This document shows, one piece after another, positions 12,457 through 25,193 of a DNA stretch of 64,000 nt; position 1 is the first letter of the stretch; every line of letters starts with the position of its first letter. The stretch is from Spizellomyces punctatus DAOM BR117 (taxonomy: Eukaryota), in NCBI GenBank assembly GCA_000182565.2, contig KQ257452.1; one strand, given 5' to 3'. The translations under genes and the position numbers were made by a program. The notes beneath the pieces were generated by a model. That model ran no database searches, had not been told where the DNA came from, and worked only from the letters and a program-made list of their open reading frames with translations.

Positions 12457-14656
12457 CTAAGCAACTGACGGCCCGCTCGATGCACGATTCAGGGCGTTGC
12501 TGGGCGGAGGTACCGAGACTGGTGGCATAATTCTAGAGACAAGAATTAATTTAGCATCATGGCTGGATCAGTGTCCAACTTTTCAAAATGCGCAATCTTG
12601 CAATAAAGAACTTACATCATGCTTCCCCTCCGACTCCCAGCTGCACCGCCGGAAACCCCACCAACACCAACCAAATTTGCGATACTCCCTCTCCTACTCG
12701 TACCACCAGTTGCCTGCACCGCGGCGGTCGCAGCAGCAGCAGAAGCAGCTTGGATGATCCCTAGCTGCGAGGGCACGGGCTGAGGAATATGCGCAAGGGT
12801 ATAGCGAGGCGGGGTAAATACTTTCCAATTTGGAGTGGAAGGTCCATATGGTGTCATCATTAAGGTGGTAGCTCCGGCGGCGCCCGGATTAAAGGTGCTG
12901 AAGAACGGACTGTGTTTTGTTAGACATTTCTTGTACCATTCACGATAGTATCGAGGAAGTAGATCGGCTTGGATCGGAGCATTCCTAGGATCAGAAATGT
13001 TAAGTTCCATTTACTAATGTAGTTGCCAAACTTTCAATTTCAATCCTCACCAAGGCTTTGCCCCCTCCCTCAACCTCTCCTGCATTCCTTTCAAAATCTG
13101 ATATTCGCCCAATATCCTCTTCAACCAGGTTGTATTGTAAAGCGACCCGACAAACGGGATCCAGTCGATCCATGTCCAGTAGTTTCGACTGTGACGATAA
13201 ATTACCCTTGTTTGACCAGGTCGCATGGGCACACAGTGAAAAGTCTGTTCGAATTTGTAACCTTTGATATTGGAGGAGAGTTGAACCTAGTAAAGGACAA
13301 ACAGGGTTACATGGTGCCATTTTTAATGCAAAGATGTGAGACGCACGTGGCAAGGAGGTATGAATTTGACCTCTACAGGTGGATGGTCCGTCTCGGGTCG
13401 ATGTATCACCGCAATCACAGATGCTGTGTCTACGCCGAAACTGATGTCAACTTGCATGGGTGTAGGGTTAGCTTTCGGGGGGTGCGTAGGTAAACTTGCT
13501 TGATGTGTATATGGCAGCTGCAAATATATAGCAAACAATATTAATCGTCTGCTTCCGGTAGATCTTTTCGAACATCCACATACATGTGCGTAATCCAAAA
13601 AGCATTCCAGGAGGACGCTATGATCAACATCCATATCCACAATCCCCGTGAACACCTTCCCCCATTTATCTGTCTTGGTCTTATCTCCTCCTTTGTTAAT
13701 CTCCCGTTTTCCATCATTCGGTTGCTCGTCCTCGGACTCGTCCGTGCTGCGAGCGACGCTGGCGTGCTTGTTTGGTGTGCCAGCATGTGCTGTCACTGAA
13801 CTGCCGGGGGACAGAATGGGCGGGAGGCGGACATGGATGTCGTATGCAGGTAGAGTTGCTTCACCCGGCCACACCTGGATTACATCTTCAATGATCCCGC
13901 CATAGATAATCTCAAGGCGCGCCCATAGCTAATACTTTACCCAGACAAGCCCATCTCTCTCAACCGTCGGATACCGCCTGGCACCGGCGTTGGTGGGTAT
14001 TTCCCTATCGGGTAGCAGCGCGGGTATATGTGTCACAGTACCCTCGGAGTCATACGTCCAGCCGTCATATGCACACTCGAGTTCACCGGTGGGAGTGATG
14101 TGTCCGAGAGAGAGAGGTGCGCTGCGGTGCGCACATTTATCTTCAAGACACTGAAAGAGAATTTCAGTTGTTGAATGGAGCGATTAAACAAGTACGATAC
14201 TTAACGTACAACTGGGGTGCCTTCTGCATCACGCCAGAGAACGATTGGGTCTCCCTGAAAATGAGGTCCATCACATCAACATTGACCTTGCAGAGTCCGT
14301 CCACACCAAGTCAAGGAACTAACCAACAGCCACATCCCAATAACTTTTCCCTTGGCCAGCTCCTCTGCCATCAAAAGAGGGTACCAACCCCTCCGTAGGT
14401 CAGTACTAGTAACCTCATCAAAAAATTTAGCTCTTGCCCTCTGTTGAGCTTGGGATTCTGGCTCGACAGTTTCCGCCTCGGCCGCGCGTGCTAGCCGGAG
14501 GTCAGGGGCCGAAAACCAAATAGACGGTGTCTGGTTGAGCGGAGAAGGTGTGCTGGCTGAGCTCCTTGGACTGTGGTTCAGTCCTGTTTCCAGGCTAGCT
14601 GCACGGGAGACGGAGAGATTGGAAAGGGCCGGACGGTGAAGTGGCTGGTCTGACAT
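12457..14656 (-). CDS. Rieske [2Fe-2S] non-heme iron oxygenase (CAO/PAO/VanA-like), multi-exon, with a variant Rieske motif
   Basis: Spliced: GWYPLL..LLGDPIVLWRDAEGTPVCLEDKCAHRSAPLSLG..LECAYDGWTYDSEG..HIP..YPTVERDGLVWVWPG; mononuclear Fe motif ECFLDYAHLPYTH; C-terminal IQADLLPRYYREWY. Confidence 0.85.
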
Positions 14657-15058
14657 TGTATTCAGACTGCGAGTGGATTACTGCAGAGCTATGTTTCTGA
14701 GTCTGGAATGGAATTCTCGCCGTGTGCTGTTCAGAGAAGAGAAAAAGGAAGCCTTGAACCCCACATCAAGAGTCACCGTAGGTATTGTTTTGGTAGGGTC
14801 GAGCAACGACGACGCGACCCAACAGGGCTTACGCAATACGCGTCCTTCAGCAGTAGTGGGTCTGAAAGCCGCATACGCAAAAGCCTGTGGATGATGGTTC
14901 GTTGAAAGTAAACCAACGAAAACCATGGATGAGAGACCTGGAGTATCGTCCAAGTACACAAACTCCATTAGAGCATAACACTAGAGTGTAAACATATAGA
15001 TTTTAATATTGTATTAGGCGAAAGTTCTGATATTAAATATCTATGTAAACTACGTTTG

Positions 15059-15964
15059 TCATCTTCTATTCTTCTTTTTATTATTAACTCTACGCTCCGC
15101 AGGTTTCCATGTCTTGGAAGAAACCATGCTCGCAGGTGTAAGACCTCTTGGCAACTTATCAGAGCCCGGGCGTAACGGCGGAAATGTAGGTCCCTCTCCT
15201 AGCACCGGTTCTCCAATCTTGAGACGAGTAATGTAGACGCGAGCCCATCCTGCTATTAATGTCACAAGTATCAGGGTGAAGCTGAGGCGAGTGACCGTCC
15301 ATTTTATCTTTGTCGATGGAGGAGCAGCATGAGATGCTATTGAGAAGATGACTCGGTCGCGAGGCCATCCTTCGTGAGGAGCATCAAAGCCGGAGACGGC
15401 TACGATAAGGATAAGATTTTCCACAATCTCACAAAATAAAATTAAGAATGGAACCAGGTTTAACAAAGTTGCCGGGAAAGGGTTTGTAGAGCTTGGGGCA
15501 TGTGAGGTCTCCACAGGGTGCTTGTCCACCTCTTCTGTTTCTCGCAACTCTGATGCGTCGTTTCTCAGAACCACCAGAGGAGCGCTCAGATGTTGCTCAG
15601 CTGCGACTAGCGGACCAGTGATTGCAGATATAGGCAAAATCACGAGAACTGTCCACATGAGTAGCGACGGAATTTCGAGAATGAGGTAGCCCATGTACCA
15701 CCATCGACCACTACTCCCTATTCTACTGAGAAAGTTGGCAAGATCCTTTAATTCATAGTTCGTTAAAGTATCTGGGAGACGAAGGGGTACGTGTTCTAAA
15801 CTTTCATCGCCATGTGGGTTCGTGGCGCCAATCCGACGTTCGATCAAGCTTGTCGCGTACAAGCATGCGGCATAAACAGGAAGGATCAAGAGGACGCGAG
15901 GAGGTAATGCTGTTAACTGCTGGGACAGACTATAGAGTTTTGAACCTGGGCGATTGCCAGCCAT
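15059..15964 (-). CDS. Hypothetical multi-pass membrane protein (301 aa, single exon)
   Basis: Uninterrupted ORF with ~4 hydrophobic segments and a basic C-terminal tail. Confidence 0.7.
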   Translation of the reverse strand: MAGNRPGSKLYSLSQQLTALPPRVLLILPVYAACLYATSLIERRIGATNPHGDESLEHVPLRLPDTLTNYELKDLANFLSRIGSSGRWWYMGYLILEIPSLLMWTVLVILPISAITGPLVAAEQHLSAPLVVLRNDASELRETEEVDKHPVETSHAPSSTNPFPATLLNLVPFLILFCEIVENLILIVAVSGFDAPHEGWPRDRVIFSIASHAAPPSTKIKWTVTRLSFTLILVTLIAGWARVYITRLKIGEPVLGEGPTFPPLRPGSDKLPRGLTPASMVSSKTWKPAERRVNNKKKNRR

Positions 15965-16263
15965 GGTCTTGCCAATCTGCCAAACGGGCTGTTCAAACCT
16001 TCAGGTCAGCTTCAAATCCGACGTTGATCGAATCCAATGTCATTGGAGTGTGGCACATTACGGTGAGGCGCGGATGGAAAGTTGATGAAACGTCTGGGGA
16101 AACGTGCCTGGGCAAGACTTGCGTTTCTAAATTCTGTCATTTGGGCGCAGTAGAAAGAGGTCGTCAAAGTATTTCATCTTCTTTATTCCATTGGGCTCTT
16201 CCGACTTGCAATTTCCTCTGCCAACGAGACGGTCCTTGTTTCCATCTGTCAACTGTAGCTGTC

Positions 16264-17706
16264 ATGACAAGCTTTCAATTCGGAAAGTTTGACTATTTTT
16301 GTAGTCAAATTGCTCTCAGTCTCTGTCCCTATATCGGGCCCGACAATGGGGTTGAGCCAGAATGCTACTCTAGAAATATAGAAATGGGGAGTTTGTTGAT
16401 ATTTGAACCTGGTAAGTATGCCAGTTGTCACGTCAGATGAAACCGTGGGACGGCAAGTGTGGAGATGTGAACTTTTAAGAAGAGGCACACCACTAGTAGT
16501 TATTGAAGGCGCTGAAGGGTTATTTCTGGATTTACCTGTGTCGGAGCGAGAGGAGGGCCGGTGACGAGTCTCACGCGCGCATTCCAGTGGTTGCCGAGAG
16601 AGGGAAGACTTTTCGCTTTCTGTGCTGACAGTATTGTCATTTCTTTGTAGCTACCCTCGTTATACATTTGATCGCTCTCGTTATGACCGGAATTATGATC
16701 TACCACATCAAAACAAAATATACAGCTGTTGGTTAGTGTTGCGTCTCGCATCTTTACTAACAGTACGTATCTAACCTTGAGCCGTGTGTGTGTTACAGGT
16801 CGCAAGGAGATCGTTATGTTCTTCTATATGTATTTTGTGACGATTGTTCTCGAGTTCTTTGTGATATCTGGTATCATACCAACGGCACATTCATCCTATC
16901 CGGTAGGTGGAGCCGGGCGGCGCATGGGTGTGGAATATGTCTCTTACAATTGTAATCTGTCCACTAGTATTTCGCGGCGGCACATATTGCCATGGTCATC
17001 ACTACTCTATGGTGTCTTTTACTTAATGGCTTTGTCGGCTTCCAATGGGCAGAAGACGGAACTCCACTCTCTCTTTGGGTAAGTCTTCCACGCTGTTTTC
17101 ATGTCACTTTTTGCGATTAGCTAATATAGAACATATTGCTAGTCTATCCGCATCAGTTCCTTGATCATCTTTGGCATTAGCTTCTTCATCAGTATTGCGA
17201 CCTTCCAAAATATTGCCGGGTTCAGCAGAACAAGCCCCACGCCGCTCTTTATTATATACTTTGTTTTTGGTGCCGCTTTCATCCTTATTTACGTGTTGCT
17301 CCAAATTGTGCTGGTGGTAAACACCTTGGACGATCGATGGCCACTTGGTGAGTCACAGTGTGATATTTTTTTGTTACGCAGGGCCGCCATACTGAATATG
17401 ACCTTTCATTCAGGTGATATCTTATTTGGTTTCACATTCTTCGTTGTGGGACGAATCTTTGAATACGTGATATCGAAAGAGATTTGCGATATGGCAAAGC
17501 ATTATGTGGACGGCATGTTCTTTGGAACGATTTGCACACTACTTGCCGTAATGATGGTCTACAAGTATTGGGACTCTATTACGAAGGAGGATTTGGAGTT
17601 TTCTGTGGGCGGGAAGAGTAATGTATGGGAAATCAAGGACCCATTGTTGAGTGATGATGGGTTGGCCGCTATGGGCCGGGACGAGAGGATGTACGACAGG
17701 TATTAA
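16264..17706 (+). CDS. CHS7: Chitin synthase export chaperone
   Basis: [77 protein letters not shown]. Confidence 0.93.
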
Positions 17707-18030
17707 TATGTATTATTTGTAATGTGTATACAGATGTAGTAGATTTGGTCATTGTATTCTGTCCGTTTTTTTTTAATCATTGCTATTCTTCCACGGTATC
17801 GTGGACGAAGTCTCCCACCTAGGCACGTGAAGGGGCGGGGTTCACAATATTTTGGTAATCAAGCGGGACCATGAGGGTTTCCACCGCAGCCAGCAACGCT
17901 TAAGGTTGTGCAGAGTCGTCGTCCTTTCCCCCGACAGCCGTCCTCTTTCCGGGACTCGGGCGGATCACCATACACCACATTCCCCCGCTTATATACCCAT
18001 TCGCTACGCGCGCCACGGCGCTCTCTACTC

Positions 18031-19074
18031 ATGCCGGTCACCTTACTATACGCGGGCACCACGGACATTGGTCGTCGTACCTCGCAACAAGACGATTATA
18101 TTCTCAAGGATACCCTTTTCCCAAATGTTCCCGACTCTTATCTTTTCGCCGTGTTCGACGGCCATGGGGCGGACGGTGCAAAAGCCGCGTCGTTTGCAAA
18201 ACACGCCTTCAGTACGACGCTTTCCTCTCTCCAAAGCCAGTTATCTCAAGATCCTGTAAATACCATGAAAGAGACATTTAGGGTGGTTAACGAACAGCTG
18301 GTGGAAAATCAAGCCATAGATACGTACATGTCTGGATCGACCGTCGCGTTGGTTGTTATTTTTGATGGGAAAATGATTATCGCACATATTGGGGACAGTA
18401 AAGTTGTGCTGGGGAGCAGAGATGAAACAGGAACGTGGAGAATAGACAAATTAACAAAGTAAGATAACATGCTCTACATCACGTAGCGCGCTTCTCCTAC
18501 TATCCAAGATGACTTATTGGGGTTTTCGTTCAAAAAGGGACCACACATGCGACGACGCAACCGAGATGGCGCGAGTAATAGCTGCTGGTGCTCGAGTAGA
18601 ACGATTGGATGTGCAAGATGGTAAGGACTTGGGACGCTCTCGATCTGTATAGTTAGCCCTCATGGCTTATTGATGCGGTTACAGGTCCTTTGCGGATATT
18701 TAAAGGAAGTCTGCCTTATCCAGGGTAAGTCACTGAAGCTTTCGAATGATGCAAATGCCTGCTCCCTGAACCGTCTTGGCCTTTTCAGGTTGGTAGTGAC
18801 CCGAGCATTGGGTGATACAGTTGCAACTCGTCTCGGCATACTGTGGGAACCGGACGTCACTGTTCGCGACATCATCCCTACGGACGCGTTTTTGGTGCTT
18901 GCAACCGACGGAGTGTGGGACGGGGTATCTTTGGAGGAAGTCCTGGTGATTGTTTCCAAAGAAACTGACCCTCTCGCCGCCAGTAGGCAAATAACACAAA
19001 GCAGTCTGGCGGGGATGGATAGGCAACAGCTAGATGATAACACGACAAACATTGTAGTATATATTAATTCATGA
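18031..19074 (+). CDS. PP2C (PPM)-family protein phosphatase
   Basis: GRRTSQQD, FAVFDGHG, SGSTV, AHIGDSK, VTRALGD, LVLATDGVWD, DDNTT. Confidence 0.93.
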
Positions 19075-19289
19075 ACAGGCGCGAGTAAATACTAGTAATA
19101 ACGACAATGTGCGAGATCTACTCTATAATGCAATGATCTAAAACCGGGAAAAATCAATGGATGGAATGTAGGCATGTTGCTTGGGCCCTTGGGTATCGGT
19201 ACGTCCCAACCAGAGATCCACAATCTGACACGTTGGTACACGTATTCAATGGGAATGTGCTCTTCAGTAAACGGACAAGGTGTCTCGTA

Positions 19290-20088
19290 TCATCGTTCAA
19301 CGACTAGCTCACGATCCATACTCGGTTGTGATATCTGTTCTTCGAATCCATTCCGAATCCACTCAAAATTAGGCCATATCTATGATCAAACGACATATAT
19401 AAGATATCAATCTCAACTACATTGTGCCATCTCCCACTTTCGCAGGATACACAAACCTTGCATAGTACTCGGCCACGAAGTAAGCCAAGGGATACTGGTC
19501 CATATTTGCGAGAGTCTGTTGAATTGGTAAAGTTATCGCCTTGGAGCCATATATGCCCTGGCGGCACCTATTTACATGATCAGAGCTGATGAGGATAATT
19601 CCCATGTTAAGCGTGGTTGGAGTAACTTGTTCCCACCGTAATATATCTCCGCTCCGATAACGTAGGATCTACGCATACAAAGTCTCCCGGCTGCATATGT
19701 ATAACATGTTAAGGTTGCCTGATACAAAGGCTTTGATCGTATGGGTACCCACCAAGCCCAACACTCTTTTGCATATCGCCTTCTGTGGATTTGTCGGAGA
19801 TACACACACAACCACATCCCCCAGGTCCAACTTTCGATAATGTCTTGATACATGCTCCACCACTACAATATCTCCGACAATGTTGAAGGTCGGAAGCATG
19901 GAAGGCCCTATGCACTGGCGATCTCAGGTTACGTGGTGATGCGAAGCAGACTGCAGTGCATGTCATTAACTTACCATTGTGACTTCAGCTACATAATTTT
20001 GAAAGAGAAGCATAACACATCCACCTTGAACGCTCCAACTGAAGAAGCGCAAGGCCGGTCGGAATGGTATTCGGCTGAAAAGTCCCAT
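19290..20088 (-). CDS. IMP1: Mitochondrial inner membrane peptidase subunit 1 (peptidase S26)
   Basis: PSMLPTFN (catalytic Ser), ICKRVLG (Lys), [29 protein letters not shown]. Confidence 0.9.
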
Positions 20089-20245
20089 TGTACTATATTC
20101 TGTAAGAGTAAAAGAATGAATGCAATCTCAGTCGAGAATGAGGTCGGGCCGATGATAATAGCGATTATATTCAAGTGGCACAGTCTTGCTTGAGTAAACG
20201 CTAGCTCGTCGTTCCTTGCCCAGACCTGACGATTTGGGGTTAAAA

Positions 20246-23200
20246 ATGGAGCATAGAATAAGGTTTACCTCCCGACCCACACTTCCCGACTCACTCACAT
20301 GGTCAGATGACAACCAAATAGCAGTGATTACGTTCAAAGCGGTCAACATTGTGGTCAGTTCAGCTTCTTCGGATGGGTATGGGACGCAATGATCTAAGAA
20401 TGGTGTGTTAGACTCCTCAACACAAAAACCGGACCGTTGAACTTGTACGGACGAGTATATTGAATACAGCGGCACCAAAGAGGGAACACAGCCTAGCTCC
20501 ACAGTTGCAGAAAGTCGAAAATGGTACAGTACGGTGAATCGAAACTGGGCAGAGATCGTGTTCGTATACTCACCAGGTCTTGTGAGCAGAGGATATTCGA
20601 GCCGCCCATGTGTGGAGGGAAGGGTTTAGATGCATGGCTTGGTCACCAACCGGATGCTCATCTATGAAGGGGTAAGGAGAGGGCTCTTAAAAGCAAAAAC
20701 TGCTTCCTGATGAATGCTCCTTATCGCGACGTAGATGTCTACTTGCGACAGTCAGCACACATCATTCGGTACTCTTATGGGCTCCAATGGATGATCCCGC
20801 TACGGCAGAATGGGAACAGGTGACGATGGCATCTGTTCATGAGTCGCGAGGTGATGCGTGGATTCTAATGCAAGGCTTTAGATTTGCGATCTATCTGACA
20901 TGTTGCGCGCTAGATGTGAAGCAGACAACAACGAAGCAGACCTGTCTCCCCAGCATCTCAGCTCGCTATCCGTTATCTGTAAGGCATTAGAGGTCAAAGA
21001 CCACTGACTTCAGTGCTGATGCGATTCCTACTAGCCATCGGGTGGTCGCCGCTCAACTTGAACCCGAAGAAGCCCACGTTTTCTCTAATAGCACTTGGGT
21101 CGAAAGACGGGACAGTCAGCCTTTGGAGGTAGAGACCATTGTCAAGCTGCCGCATACTCTAGACTCTTGCACTCATCTCATCGCTAGGTATCGGGAAGGT
21201 GAAATAACACATTGTGGGACCTTTTCGGCGCATAGTGCATGGGTCAGCAGTCTAAGTTGGTCTGATTGGACTACTGCCATGACAGGAGAGTCATGTATGA
21301 GTTGTCAGAATTCCGATAAGTCCGTGAAATCGCGTATTCATCTTCATCTGCTTTGTAGATGCATATCTGGCTACCAGTGGATCTGATGGCTCAGTGAAGG
21401 TGTGGATCGTTAATCTCAAGGATCACGAGATGTTTGAGTGTGATATCAAGCTCCAATCCGACGTGTTCCGACCCGATGCTAGAGGAGCATCTCTTATCAA
21501 GTTTCTGCATCCTTCGGTAAGGTGCCAATGTCCCTAATTTCTAACCAGATGGATCCATTTATACCTTCATTTATGCGCTAGGTCGTCGGGAAATCCATCC
21601 GACTGGTTGCGGCCAAAGGCAGAATAGTAAGCCTATGGTTTGCCCCATCAGGGGAGTCGGAAATATTGAAGGATATTATCACCTATAAACTTCCGCCTAC
21701 GATGTCGGTTGGAGGTTCAGTATTGTTCTCAGTGTCTTACAAGTGCAAATATACTGATCATTGTTCATGGTACAGGTGTGGTGTGGGGTTTGGATGGGGA
21801 AGAGCTCAGATTGTACACGGTCGATGGTCAGTGCTACGTGTTGGCACTTGAGGACTTGCCACAGGAAAGGCGTATGGTTCTTGTAGAGGATGGAACGGCA
21901 CATCTTCACCGCGAACTCCTACACACCTCATCGTCGGCAGCCGATATGGATGATGATGATCGCGCGAACACTGACGAAGGCGTTGATCTCGAAGTTGCTG
22001 GTACTCAAAGCAAACAGCTACGGATATTTGGCGCTGCAACATCCGGAAATAGTATGTTTGATGCCATAGTTTATTGGTAAGTGAGGTTGGATGGCTGAGA
22101 ATGGACGTTTGAAACCTCAACCTAATGCGTTTGGCATAGCGTGGCATCCTCATCCGACATGGAGTACAGCACAGAAAAGTCGCTGATCTCTCACTTGTCG
22201 TTGCGACCAACATTTCCACAGAGTGGGGAAGAGTTTGAGAATGAGCTGGTTGCTCGCATTGAAGGAATTATGCGAAAAGAGGACATAAGTAGGTGGTTTG
22301 CTGATAGATGCTGGTGACATACACACTTGATTAACCCGGGACTTTGGATAGTGCTGCAGTGGCCATCGGCGTTTTTACTCTGGGACGTCATACAATATTG
22401 TGCAACGGACTTGGCACAGTGGGCGAATATGGAAGATACCTTTCTGCATCGCCTGATAGGAATCATGCGAGATTTTTACATAAGTTCTGATGGTACAGCT
22501 GCTGGGATCACCAATAGTGTGAAGGGAGGTCCAGGTCTGGATAGGTAAGAATCCGGTTATGATACTTTTCCTTCGTGCCTTTTCTGATATGCACTTGGCC
22601 TCAGCCTTGTACAATCATATTCCCATCACTTGTTTGTCAATCGTAATATCAACGCACTACGACTGATGAACTATCTGTGCCTAACCATCAAAGTGAGTAA
22701 TGAGCGCAGCCGCGAGCTTGACTACATTTTGACCGAATCACATGCAGGTGCCTCGACTGGAACTAGGAGCTCGGCTGAAATCTATTGTGACGAACAATAG
22801 AAAGCTGCTGCTTCAGCATTACATAAAAGAGACATTGATATTTGTTGAAAAATGCTTACAGCTTCCCACCATGTTACCTTCTGGTATGTCGATACATTCG
22901 AGAGTCAAATCTGTCAGGTTATCTAACACCAAATTTTGGTGCAGCGTCCGATGTCGAGATCCTACGACTTAACACCAACTATGTCTTCAATAATTGCCGC
23001 GACCCTGCCCTCAAATCCTCACTTCCCGTACTCCAAGCCATTCATCAGCACTTGAAAGCAAGAAGGGCGGCCGGTGCACAATCATACCCGTATGACCCAG
23101 ATGGGGTCATATCTGTTTTGGATCAGTTGGTCAAAACAGAAATGCCAGATATCGTAGCGGATCAGGCTAGTATCGAGCACTGCCGCGCTTGCCAATCCCG

Positions 23201-23552
23201 AATTCCGTTCGACTCACCGTGGCAAGCAGCATGTGACAATGGCCATGTTTGGGGTAATTTGTGAGCTGTCGTTGTGACGAGATGTGATGGGCTGAGCATT
23301 AATGCTGGTCCTCCCCGCCTATAGTGCGATGCATGGTAACTTTAAAAAGTGTAATGGTGCCGCAGGTGCGAGCGTGCCTTGGATGTGGGCGAAGTAGTCT
23401 TATGGGTAGGTGCCCTAACCAATTCCTGAGTCTGACTGTCGTGAATAACACTACTATTGCCAGGGCACGGAAACGGGCTAACCAATACGGTGCTGAGAGA
23501 AGTGAGCCAATGTATATATTGTGGAAATCGGATGAGGGGACCCATGTTTTAG
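20246..23552 (+). CDS. Probable TFIIIC subunit delta (GTF3C4-like): WD40 beta-propeller plus C-terminal zinc finger
   Basis: SLTWSDDNQIAVIT, AWSPTGC, WD repeats (WVSSLSWS..LATSGSDGSVKVW), C-terminal HCRAC..CDNGHVW.RCMVTL..CLGC..CIYCG. Many exons; internal boundaries approximate. Confidence 0.7.
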
Positions 23553-23916
23553 ATGTGTGAGTGTTCCAGGGTATCAAGTTTCTAAACTTTCAAATACACA
23601 ACAGAAGTTTTTGGCATCATGAGAAATGCAGTTATTTGTTTGTAGAGCAATGCCCATCATCATGTTCACCAATGCAAAAGGGTTCCTGTTCCAAAAACTT
23701 AAATATTTGCAATGGGGCTTGTCGGAGATGATGACGCTCAAGCGGCCGCCCAAAAGTGCCGCTAGATGGCTAAGCCACGGAATGTTGTAACGGGTGCTCC
23801 GTGTGTCCTTTTCACCCCCAAGTTTCCTGCGGGTTGCACCCTTTGTCTCATCCTTTTTTATTGTTCCATCATCGCTGCTTGCATTCCTCCCACTCCATTA
23901 GACCCCTGTGGCAGCA

Positions 23917-24943
23917 ATGCACACACCAGCAGCAGCAGTACCGCCTCGTGTACTGGGAGCATCGGTCTCGTATTCTGACGAGACCGAAAGGTTCATCGCC
24001 ATGCCAGCCCCGCACAAACCGTTGGCACTTCGCAGTCTCCATATGCTGGTCCCAAGGATAGATACGTCTTCCCCAAGTTGTAAAGGAATTCCGATGCAAG
24101 ACGCCCAGAACAAGAGGCCTACTATGGGTACCGGAAGGCACTCCATTTTGACTCGAAAGGACAGTCTACCACTATCTCCGTTGATTGAGCATGTTGAAAA
24201 GGGATCTAAAAGGTTGGTGTCAAGGACTTTGCTCGGCGATGATCATGAACTCATTTGTCTTTGCGGTACCCAAAAGTTTTAGCTTCCCGGGTGACGATGA
24301 TGCTGTTGCCGAGTTGATGGAGATCGTTGGCTTGCGTCGGCCAAACGCACCCTCTCCCGTCTCACACTTGGTGGAAACGCCTCTATTGAATAAGCGCAGA
24401 AACTCTTCGGTCCCTCAGCTCTTTGAAATGGAACATGGACAGGATGATAGCGGAGATACTCGCTCTCCTGTTATTGAACCTCCGAGATTATCCGAAACGC
24501 CATTCAAGCCGACTGCACGCAAGGGATACTATGACGAACCTTTGTCGCCGTGTTCCGAGTTGCGCATGACTGGTGAGTTTGTCCGTTACGGGCTTTGGTA
24601 GCTTTCATCGTTCAGTAAACTAATAATCATGCGTCCCTTATTAGATAGATCTCCGGTGTCCCGCACAAGGAATCCAATTCCTTTCAATTCCCCGTTCTTG
24701 AATCGTCGACGAATGGCTTCTCCGCTCGCGGTTTCTCCCACGATCGTGCGACGCGAACCTGGAGTCGAACTGGGTCTCTTGTCTCCATCCCCTGAACTGA
24801 GAACTCCTTTCATTTTCCGTTCTACCAATCCTGTCCCCAGTCGCTTAGCCGAATATTCCTGCAGTGTCGACGTCCAAGGTCGGCCGCGCTCCAAGTCGGT
24901 CACCGACCTGGATGGCCGTATTCGCATGGCATTCGCTTGTTGA
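23917..24943 (+). CDS. Hypothetical low-complexity Pro/Ser-rich protein (about 3 exons)
   Basis: ORFs 23908-24282, 24185-24601 and 24629-24943 can be joined by GT-AG introns; many SP/TP sites; no domain recognised. Confidence 0.5.
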
Positions 24944-25123
24944 TATGTACAATTTCTTTGCTGATGATGTAGATTTAGTCTTTCTTGTTTTTCTTTCTCA
25001 CCCCACTTCTCTTGTTTACAAATTCTTGTACAAAGCGAACATCCCTTACTCTAGAGGGTCTATTTGTGAAGTAGAGTAGTTGACTGTACAATAAGCAATT
25101 ATGATTTTTCAATTAGCAGTGGT

Positions 25124-25193
25124 CAGATCTTTTTCTTGTTCTTTACATTGTTGATCTACAGATCTTTTTCTTCTTCTTTACATTGTTGATCTA
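25124..25193. repeat. Tandem duplication, 2 x 35 bp (one mismatch)
   Basis: cagatctttttcttgttctttacattgttgatcta followed by cagatctttttcttcttctttacattgttgatcta. Confidence 0.9.

Noticed and set aside
14673-14968. Short overlapping ORFs upstream of the Rieske gene
   Set aside because: No domain features; the position fits promoter or 5' UTR sequence.
16412-16650. Long first intron of CHS7 (and calmodulin 40735-40941) as snoRNA hosts
   Set aside because: No convincing paired C/D boxes with a terminal stem or H/ACA structure seen.
25124-25193. 35-bp repeat as a CRISPR array
   Set aside because: Only two directly abutting copies, no spacers, no cas genes, eukaryotic context.
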